Source of the DNA: Minisyncoccota bacterium
GTDB taxonomy: Bacteria; Patescibacteriota; Minisyncoccia; Phycocordibacterales; UBA1550
NCBI GenBank assembly: GCA_023229865.1
Contig: JALNYL010000005.1
Span: forward strand, 4,422 to 68,421
Direction: 5' to 3'
Length of the DNA stretch: 64,000 nt
The notes below the pieces were generated by a model, which worked only from the letters and a program-made list of their open reading frames with translations, had not been told where the DNA came from and did not search any database. Both the position numbers and the translations under genes were made by a program. Every line of letters starts with the position of its first letter. The stretch's first letter is position 1. Below are positions 30,578 to 37,410 of this stretch, piece after piece.

Positions 30578-31306
30578 ATGAAAAAACATTTCTTTTTTGA
30601 TATGGACGGCACCCTTACGCGCTCGCGCAGTGAGATAACTGATACTATGGTCGCGTGTCTTCGGGGGCTTATTGAAAATGGGGGAGATGTGATTGTTGTG
30701 TCGGGAGCCGTAAAAAGTCAGATTATTAAACAAATTGGCGAGATAGTAAAAGATGTTGTAATCTTGGCGCAAAATGGTAACCATGCCGAATCTTCATCAG
30801 GAGAGATTGTCTGGCGCAATGAGCTGACTGCAATTCAAAAAAATGAAACTCTGAAACTTGCTCGCAAGATGATCGGCCATGCGAATCTTGGAATTAGGGA
30901 TCCTGGTGATTTAGTTGAAGATAGAATGTGCCAGATTTCATATTCATTGATTGGACACAATGCTCCCCTTGAAGAGAAAGAGGCTATAGATTCTGAAAAA
31001 ATAATTCGTAAAGGCCTCCTTTGTTGCTTTGAGAAAGAAATTTCTCAATTGAATATTCTGGGAATCCAGGCACGTATTGGAGGAACGACGTGCATTGATT
31101 TCACCGCTCTCAATAAGGGGGATAATGTGAAGTGTTTTATTGAACGTATGGGGTGGGACCCTGAGGAGTGTATTTATATTGGAGACGCTTTGTTTGAGGG
31201 TGGAAATGATCATAGTGTGGTTGGGGTTGTTCCCACCTACTCTGTTGATTCACCTAGGGGGTGTGAAGATGTAATCCGTTCATTCATTAATGAACTGGGG
31301 GCGTAA
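30578..31306 (+). CDS. HAD-family phosphomannomutase-like phosphatase/mutase (eukaryotic PMM-type)
   Basis: FDMDGTLT HAD motif I; position after manC. Confidence 0.6.
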   Translation: MKKHFFFDMDGTLTRSRSEITDTMVACLRGLIENGGDVIVVSGAVKSQIIKQIGEIVKDVVILAQNGNHAESSSGEIVWRNELTAIQKNETLKLARKMIGHANLGIRDPGDLVEDRMCQISYSLIGHNAPLEEKEAIDSEKIIRKGLLCCFEKEISQLNILGIQARIGGTTCIDFTALNKGDNVKCFIERMGWDPEECIYIGDALFEGGNDHSVVGVVPTYSVDSPRGCEDVIRSFINELGA

Positions 31307-31342
31307 CGTCGGTAATTTAAATATGGTATACTTCTACACATT

Positions 31343-33310
31343 ATGAATATCCATAAATTTTTAGCGAATGCGGTGGTTTTGGCGGGGTTTGTGGCGATAC
31401 CATTCATTGCCTTCATTATTCTTGGACAAAGTACATTTTTCCCCTTTATCACAGGGAAGAACTTTGCCTTTCGTGTCATTGTTGAAATAATGCTTTCTGC
31501 GTGGGTTGTACTCGCGTTTATTGATCCCGCGTATCGTCCAAAGAAAAGCTATCTTCTTGGTGCTTTTGCGGCGCTCATTGGTATCATCACTCTCTCTGCG
31601 ATTTTTGGAGAAAATCCTGCAAAGAGTTTCTGGTCAAACTTTGAGCGTATGGAAGGCGTCGTGACATATTTCCATCTCTTTGCATACTTCATCGTCGCAT
31701 CCACCGTGCTTTCAGTGCGTGATTTATGGAAGCCATATCTCAATCTTCATCTAGGTGCTGGAGTTATTATGGCCATCTATGGTGTGCTCCAGTGGGCGGG
31801 ACAGGTCAAGGTTGTGCAAGATGGGATCCGTATCAACGGCACTCTCGGCAACGCAGAGTATCTAAGTACCTACGCGCTCTTCAATATTTTCCTTGCGCTC
31901 TATATGCTCGTGCGTGAAAATTTCGAAACGACATCGGGTAATGTGCGCGCTGCGATATATGCTGTCATCGTCGTTCTCCAGACATTTGTCCTCTATCACT
32001 CGGGGACACGTGGGGCTATGCTTGGACTTCTTGCGGGGGTAGGACTCACGACGCTCCTCATTGCTATTTTTGAGAAAGAACGCAAGACGATTCGCAATGT
32101 TGCCATTGGGGCCCTTGTCGCCCTCGGTCTCCTTGTTGGTGGTTTTATCGCTGCCCGTGATACGGCAATCGTGCAGGGGAGTCCTGTCCTCTCTCGTCTC
32201 GCTGCTATTTCTCCATCAGAGGGCACCGGTAAGGCGCGTCTTATGGTGTGGGGGATGGCGTACGAAGGATTTAAAGAGAAGCCTATCCTTGGTTGGGGTA
32301 TGGATAACTTTGGTTATGTTTTCAATAAGTACTATGATCCAAATATGTGGGGACAAGAGCAGTGGTTCGACCGCGCTCACAACGTCTTCTTTGATTGGTT
32401 GATCGCGGGTGGAATCCTCGGACTCCTTGCATACCTCTCACTTTTTGGAGGAGCTCTCTTTTATATTTGGCGACGACAGAGTGGGCTCTCTGTCGTCGAA
32501 AAAAGTGTACTGACAGGGCTTCTGGGGGGATACTTCTTTCAAAATCTTTTTGTATTCGATAATATCACAAGCCTCGTCTTGCTCGGAACAATCCTTGCGT
32601 ACGTCGAGAGTTTTGGAAAAACAGAAACGCTCCCTGTTGTGGAAAATAAAAAAATAAATAAGTCTGAGGACGCAGAAGATTTGACCTTCATGATTTCAGG
32701 TGGAGCTTTTATTCTCGCTATTGTTCTTATTTATATAGTGAACTACAAAGGCTTTATGCAGAACACGACACTCCTTCGTGCATTATCGGAAAGAACATCA
32801 GAGGGGATTGCCCATAACCTTAATCTTTTTAAAGAGGTGCTCGCGTATAACTCTTTCGGGACAGCTGAAGCGCGCGAGCAATTGGGGTCTATTGCGATGA
32901 ATGGTCTTGATCGCTCGAAGGAGATTACTGAGGTTCAGAAACAATTTATCATCCTTGCCAGTGATGAGCTTGAAAAGCAGGTTGCAGAAGTACCAGGAGA
33001 AGCGCGTCATCAGGTTTTTGCCGGGTCGTTCATTGCGCGCACGGGGGATATCGATAAAGCAATTGGATACCTAGAAAAGGCAGCAGAACTTTCTCCAACA
33101 AAACAGGCAATCCTCTTTGAGCTTGGTAATGTGTATTACAACAAGAAGGAGCCCATAAAGGCTGAGGAAACATTTAAGCGCGCGTATGAGCTCGCGCCAG
33201 AGTTTGCGACAGCAGAGAAGTACTATTTGCAGGTCCTCCTCTTAAACGGCAAACGCGCAGAAGCAGAGAAGCTCTTTAAGGAGCGTCCAATTCAGGGGGT
33301 CTCGTTATAA
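31343..33310 (+). CDS. O-antigen ligase/polymerase-family (Wzy_C) membrane protein with C-terminal TPR repeats
   Basis: ~12 TM helices, HNVFFDWLIAGGILGLL Wzy_C-like motif, C-terminal TPR-like repeats. Confidence 0.75.
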   Translation: MNIHKFLANAVVLAGFVAIPFIAFIILGQSTFFPFITGKNFAFRVIVEIMLSAWVVLAFIDPAYRPKKSYLLGAFAALIGIITLSAIFGENPAKSFWSNFERMEGVVTYFHLFAYFIVASTVLSVRDLWKPYLNLHLGAGVIMAIYGVLQWAGQVKVVQDGIRINGTLGNAEYLSTYALFNIFLALYMLVRENFETTSGNVRAAIYAVIVVLQTFVLYHSGTRGAMLGLLAGVGLTTLLIAIFEKERKTIRNVAIGALVALGLLVGGFIAARDTAIVQGSPVLSRLAAISPSEGTGKARLMVWGMAYEGFKEKPILGWGMDNFGYVFNKYYDPNMWGQEQWFDRAHNVFFDWLIAGGILGLLAYLSLFGGALFYIWRRQSGLSVVEKSVLTGLLGGYFFQNLFVFDNITSLVLLGTILAYVESFGKTETLPVVENKKINKSEDAEDLTFMISGGAFILAIVLIYIVNYKGFMQNTTLLRALSERTSEGIAHNLNLFKEVLAYNSFGTAEAREQLGSIAMNGLDRSKEITEVQKQFIILASDELEKQVAEVPGEARHQVFAGSFIARTGDIDKAIGYLEKAAELSPTKQAILFELGNVYYNKKEPIKAEETFKRAYELAPEFATAEKYYLQVLLLNGKRAEAEKLFKERPIQGVSL

Positions 33311-33313
33311 AGC

Positions 33314-33341
33314 TTGACTTTTTCACCAAATCTGCTATAGT
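33314..33341 (+). promoter_or_regulatory. near-consensus sigma70-type promoter TTGACT-N16-TATAGT
   Basis: TTGACT 33314-33319, 16-nt spacer, TATAGT 33336-33341; 3 nt after ligase stop. Confidence 0.45.
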
Positions 33342-33347
33342 GGCCTT

Positions 33348-33428
33348 ATGTGAGTGCGCGGGAGGAAACTCTTGTGCGATTCATCCAACGAAAGTCTACA
33401 AAAACCCCCGCGAAAGCGGGGCTTTTTG
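33348..33428 (+). ncRNA. candidate ~80-nt small RNA or leader (promoter to terminator unit, unclassified)
   Basis: predicted TSS ~7 nt after -10, ends at ccccgcgaaagcgggg + T-run; an upstream gcgcggg could alternatively pair with the terminator 5' arm. Confidence 0.3.
33405..33428 (+). terminator. intrinsic terminator ccccgcg-aaa-cgcgggg-like (ccccgcgaaagcgggg) + T-run
   Basis: identical hairpin recurs at 37178. Confidence 0.75.
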
Positions 33429-33615
33429 TTCTTGTTATTTCTCTGGCGTGCTCGTTAAAAATCTGTATACTATATTAGTAAGTTTCGTGTATTCCTCTGG
33501 CTAGCGACTGCACTCACATATTAGACATTTGTTGGAGCTCGCACTCGCTGGCCAAAAGAGTACAGGAAAAACAGTCTTAAAGTTAAAAGTCTTAAAGTCG
33601 AAAGCCGGAATACAG

Positions 33616-33653
33616 AAAAGAGCGGGATTGCCTTCGGCAATCCCGCTCTTTTC
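33616..33653. terminator. bidirectional terminator (17-bp stem, ttcg loop) preceded by aaagttaaaag motif
   Basis: gaaaagagcgggattgcc-ttcg-gcaatcccgctcttttc. Confidence 0.75.
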
Positions 33654-33707
33654 CCGGTAATTATAAATGCAACAAAGAAACGAAAAAAGTAATGTATAAT
33701 GTAAATT

Positions 33708-33944
33708 ATGACAGTATTACCTTATGTATTTATTGTGATAGGTTTTAGTTTAGTTATGTGGCATAAACCAATTGCGCAATGGTTGTATAATCAACATAGG
33801 TCATTGTTCAAAACGATATTTTCATGGTTGATCAATGTGGACGCACCGTGGTTTCGCAAGGCGTATGACCTTGCAATGTTAGGCATGGGCATCATGTTTT
33901 TTATTGTTGCGTACTTCACCTACTTCGGTCCTATTACTCGGTAG
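33708..33944 (+). CDS. possible small membrane protein
   Basis: 78-aa hydrophobic ORF after a tataat box; weak RBS. Confidence 0.3.
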   Translation: MTVLPYVFIVIGFSLVMWHKPIAQWLYNQHRSLFKTIFSWLINVDAPWFRKAYDLAMLGMGIMFFIVAYFTYFGPITR

Positions 33945-34069
33945 TAATAACATGAAAAAATATTACACAGATTGGAAAACTATAACAATAACTTTTGGAG
34001 TTGCACTTGAGAAAATGGAAAATGGTGACAGCCACTATTGTTTCGTAAATAGAGTGGTATAATTTTCTC

Positions 34070-34744
34070 ATGTCACGTAATGCTCGTGTCGATGTTGGTG
34101 GAGAAATATATCACGTAATCAATCGTGCGAATGGGCGATTTAAAATATTTGATGAAGACAAGGATTATAAACTATTTGAGCAACTTCTTCTTGAAACAAA
34201 AGAACTGAACGGGATGCGTATCCTTGCGTATGTAATCATGCCGAACCATTGGCATCTTGTATTGTATCCCAAAAACGACGGAGATCTTGGTGTGTTTATG
34301 CAACGACTAACCAATGCGCACACAAGAAAGGTTCATGCAAAGACTGGAACAAATGGTAACGGACACCTTTATCAAGGACGCTACAAATCATTTCTCGTTG
34401 ACTCAGAAAATTACCTTCTTTCTGTCATTAAATATGTTGAACGTAATCCGGTGCGAGCAAAGCTTGTCATCAGCTGCGAAGATTGGGAATGGGGGAGCGC
34501 CTATTTTCGCTTAGCTAGAAAGAGAAAAAATGTTGAACTAATTGATCTGCCCCCTATCAACTTACCGATTGATTACAAACAATGGATTAACGCGCCAGAA
34601 AAGCAAGACGAGGTGGATACTATTCGCATTTCAGTAAACAAAAGTGTACCATATGGTGGAGAGGGTTGGGTGGAGAAGATGGTTGTAAAACATAAACTTG
34701 AATCCACTCTGAAATCTCCTGGCCGACCCAAGAAACGAATATGA
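34070..34744 (+). CDS. REP-associated tyrosine transposase / IS200-like Y1 HUH transposase
   Basis: HVINRANGRFKIF, HuH motif NHWHLVL, catalytic YQGRYKSF, YVERNPVRAKLV; tataat promoter at 34055-34060. Confidence 0.85.
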   Translation: MSRNARVDVGGEIYHVINRANGRFKIFDEDKDYKLFEQLLLETKELNGMRILAYVIMPNHWHLVLYPKNDGDLGVFMQRLTNAHTRKVHAKTGTNGNGHLYQGRYKSFLVDSENYLLSVIKYVERNPVRAKLVISCEDWEWGSAYFRLARKRKNVELIDLPPINLPIDYKQWINAPEKQDEVDTIRISVNKSVPYGGEGWVEKMVVKHKLESTLKSPGRPKKRI

Positions 34745-34874
34745 GTACAACAATATTAGACCACACAAAACGCAAAACAATGGTGGCTGTCACCATTTCC
34801 ACAAGAAACGAATATGAGTACAACAATATTAGACCACACAAAACGCAAAACAATGGTGGCTGTCACCATTTCCA
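34729..34874 (+). repeat. perfect 73-bp tandem duplication (2 copies) including last 16 nt of transposase ORF and one hairpin each
   Basis: 34729-34801 identical to 34802-34874. Confidence 0.9.
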
Positions 34875-35211
34875 CGAAATTAAACTTCGGGTTCAGGGGC
34901 TTCGATATAACGGAGTAATTGCAACTACGACACCAGAAACTACTATGAAGTATGAGTGGTCAGTAGACAAGACAGGTAATATTAAGGAACTTGAACAAAA
35001 GGTTACAGTAGGGGAAACAGAGGTCGAGGCGCATTACAATGCGAAAAAGAATGTGACTGAAATTAAAAAGAAGTTGGAAGGCAAGAAATATGGGAACCAT
35101 AGAGATGGTGACGGTAACAAAATTGAAAAGAAAGAAATTTTGCCTGGAATGGTAATTCTTGATCTTGTTACTAAAAATAGGGAAATGGTAGTAAGTTATT
35201 AATCAAATTCT

Positions 35212-35664
35212 ATGACAAAGAATACATTGTTAATCATCATACTCAGTGCCTTGTTGCTTGTTAGCGTTGTAATATGGCTAGATTCTCTGCATGGTTATTG
35301 CCCTGGTGTGTACATGGATAGTTCCGGGGTAGAATATTGTACTAAGCGAATTTCTGATTATTTCCCAGAACCGCTAGTGTTGAGTATTTTAGCCCTCTCC
35401 CTTTCTTTACTACCCTTCTCCCTCCTTACCTACTGGACCAAAGAAGAAGTCTTTCGCGCGTGGTGGAATCCAGCGATTCGCTTCTGGATTCCCGCAATTG
35501 TCATTGTGACAATTTTCACCGCTTGGATGGACAGTGGAAGTGGGGCAATGGGGGTTGTTGACTTCTCTCCTGGTCTCCCCATTCTTGTTCTCCTTTATTC
35601 TCTCTTCGTTATTACCTCACTTGTAAAAATCATCCGAACGTACTTGAGAACGAGAGGGAAGTAG
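35212..35664 (+). CDS. hypothetical integral membrane protein
   Basis: 150 aa, 4 hydrophobic segments; terminator downstream. Confidence 0.55.
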   Translation: MTKNTLLIIILSALLLVSVVIWLDSLHGYCPGVYMDSSGVEYCTKRISDYFPEPLVLSILALSLSLLPFSLLTYWTKEEVFRAWWNPAIRFWIPAIVIVTIFTAWMDSGSGAMGVVDFSPGLPILVLLYSLFVITSLVKIIRTYLRTRGK

Positions 35665-35688
35665 GTGATTGAATGAAAACTTAAATAA

Positions 35689-35722
35689 TACCCCCCGATT
35701 CGCCTATGGCGAATCGGGGGGT
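35689..35722 (+). terminator. intrinsic terminator taccccccgattcgcc-tatg-gcgaatcggggggta
   Basis: same core as 2598 terminator. Confidence 0.8.
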
Positions 35723-35730
35723 ATTTCGCT

Positions 35731-36750
35731 ATGATGGGGGTATCTATGGCAATTCAGATTTTAGAAAATGTGGCACTGGCGCCAATGACGACTATGCGCG
35801 TGGGTGGGGATGCGCGGTTTTTTGCGCGCGTGGGGGGTATTGAGGAGCTCTCGGAGGCTGTACTCTGGGCGCAGCGGAAAGGATTGCCGATCTTCATCCT
35901 TGGTGGCGGAGCAAATACACTCGTCTCTCAAGATGGTTTTGTGGGACTCGTTATAAAAATAGAAATGAAAGGAATCTCATACGATGGCAATCGTGTGACC
36001 GTGGAGGCTGGTGAGTGGTGGGATGATGTCGTGTGCGATATTGTTGCACACGATTTGTGGGGAGTAGAAAATTTGTCGCTCATACCGGGTACTGTCGGCG
36101 GTGCTGTTGTCCAAAATATCGGTGCGTATGGTGCAGAGATTTGCAACACGATTTTTTCTGTAGAAGCACTTGATATCGAAAAAATGCAAATAAAAACTTT
36201 TTTGCAAGCAAAATGCGAATTTGGTTATCGAGAAAGTATTTTTAAGAAAAACAAAAATCTTGTCGTTCTTCGTGTCACACTTGAGCTCAAGAATGATGGA
36301 GTCCCCAACACTGAATATGAAGATGTAAAAAAATATTTTGAAAATAAAAATATTGAGGCGCCTTCGCTCCAAGAAATTCGTGAAGCAATCGTCGCGATAC
36401 GCACTGCAAAGATGCCTGCGCCTCCACTCGGCACCGCGGGGTCATTTTTCAAAAATCCTGTTGTCGATATGACGACCTACGAGACGCTAAAAAAGGAGTT
36501 TCCTGAAATAAAGGCCTATATGCAAGGCGATAATACCGTTAAGCTTTCAGCTGCGTGGCTTATTGATCATGTGGGTGGATGGCGTGGTTATAGAAAGGGG
36601 GATGCAGGAGTGCACGAAAAGCAAGCACTCATACTTGTAAACTATGGTAACGCGAGCGCAGAAGAAATGTTGTCACTCGCTCATGAAATAAAAAATAACA
36701 TCAAAGAAAAAACAAATGTGACGCTCGAAGAAGAGGTGGTGATGCTCTAA
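35731..36750 (+). CDS. murB: UDP-N-acetylenolpyruvoylglucosamine reductase MurB
   Basis: FAD-binding PCMH domain (MTTMRVGGDARFF, ILGGGANTL), MurB C-terminal domain. Confidence 0.9.
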   Translation: MMGVSMAIQILENVALAPMTTMRVGGDARFFARVGGIEELSEAVLWAQRKGLPIFILGGGANTLVSQDGFVGLVIKIEMKGISYDGNRVTVEAGEWWDDVVCDIVAHDLWGVENLSLIPGTVGGAVVQNIGAYGAEICNTIFSVEALDIEKMQIKTFLQAKCEFGYRESIFKKNKNLVVLRVTLELKNDGVPNTEYEDVKKYFENKNIEAPSLQEIREAIVAIRTAKMPAPPLGTAGSFFKNPVVDMTTYETLKKEFPEIKAYMQGDNTVKLSAAWLIDHVGGWRGYRKGDAGVHEKQALILVNYGNASAEEMLSLAHEIKNNIKEKTNVTLEEEVVML

Positions 36751-37018
36751 AAAATATTTTTTAAGAAATTATTTTTGTAACAGTAAAAATTATTATAAAG
36801 AGAAGAAAAAAGTTATCCACAGTTTAATTTCAAAATGCATTGTGTTTGATTTTTTTATGCGAGATAATAATAGTAGATCACAGTACAGAGTGATAAAGAA
36901 ATTTATTACGAAGATGATCCAGTGATTGTACGTGATGCGCATTAAAATAATTTTCGCGCGTTAGGTCGAACATCATTGTAGATATTAATTTTTGCATACA
37001 ATGTTTTAGGAGACAGAA

Positions 37019-37159
37019 ATGTTTTTCAAAACAGCACATAAAAAAATGGCAGCAAAGAAAAAGGCAGTTAAGAAGGTAGCAAAGAAGAAGGTAGCAAAGA
37101 AGGCTGTAAAGAAGGTGGCAAAGAAGGCCGCAAAGAAGAAGACTGCAAAGCGTGCATAA
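37019..37159 (+). CDS. lysine/alanine-rich histone H1-like small basic protein (46 aa), not in ORF track
   Basis: MFFKTAHKKMAAKKKAVKKVAKKKVAKKAVKKVAKKAAKKKTAKRA; AGGAG SD 7 nt upstream; strong terminator downstream. Confidence 0.6.
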   Translation: MFFKTAHKKMAAKKKAVKKVAKKKVAKKAVKKVAKKAAKKKTAKRA

Positions 37160-37175
37160 TACGCTTCGTCACAAA

Positions 37176-37206
37176 AAGCCCCGCGAAAGCGGGGCTTTTT
37201 GTTTTG
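37176..37206 (+). terminator. intrinsic terminator ccccgcgaaagcgggg + T-run
   Basis: identical hairpin to 33405. Confidence 0.85.
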
Positions 37207-37229
37207 GGCTTTTTGTTTTGACGCATTAC

Positions 37230-37400
37230 TTTGTTGCCCGCGAAGATTTCTTCCGCACTGTATTCTTATACACCTTGGTCGAAATCCTCGCGGGCGCCTC
37301 GTACTGCATTCAAAACGAAAAATCCCTGGAGGGGACTAAGGGCTTGGCCCCGTTTTGGGCGCCCAAAACGGGGCCTTTAGTCGAGGCGTTTTTTATGCTA
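37230..37400 (+). promoter_or_regulatory. multi-hairpin structured region in secA 5' leader (candidate cis-regulatory RNA)
   Basis: stems cccgcgaagatttc/gaaatcctcgcggg (37236-37294), ggccccgttttgg-gcgc-ccaaaacggggcc (37339-37368), outer cgcctcg/cgaggcg (37296-37379). Confidence 0.3.
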
Positions 37401-37410
37401 AAGTATCTAA

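Larger units (their letters stand above)
34000..34880 (+). mobile_element. IS200/IS605-family (RAYT-like) HUH transposase element with subterminal hairpins
   Basis: Y1/HUH transposase gene flanked by aatggtgACAGCcactatt (34021-34039) and its reverse complement aatggtgGCTGTcaccatt (34779-34797, 34852-34870). Confidence 0.6.

Noticed and set aside
33311-33700. tRNA/tmRNA/SRP RNA in ORF-free structured region
   Set aside because: No cloverleaf features (GTTCNANNC T-loop, CCA context). No SRP domain IV GGAAGCAGCC-like motif found by eye. Left as unclassified candidate sRNA.
34729-34874. Possible CRISPR array
   Set aside because: Only two direct copies with no spacers between them. This is a tandem duplication, not a repeat-spacer array, and no cas genes are present.
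34741-35202. 153-aa ORF starting at the transposase stop
   Set aside because: Its N-terminal 45 codons read through the two copies of the 73-bp tandem repeat in different frames, which is inconsistent with a selected coding sequence. Any real product would start further downstream (e.g. Met near 34948), with weak support.
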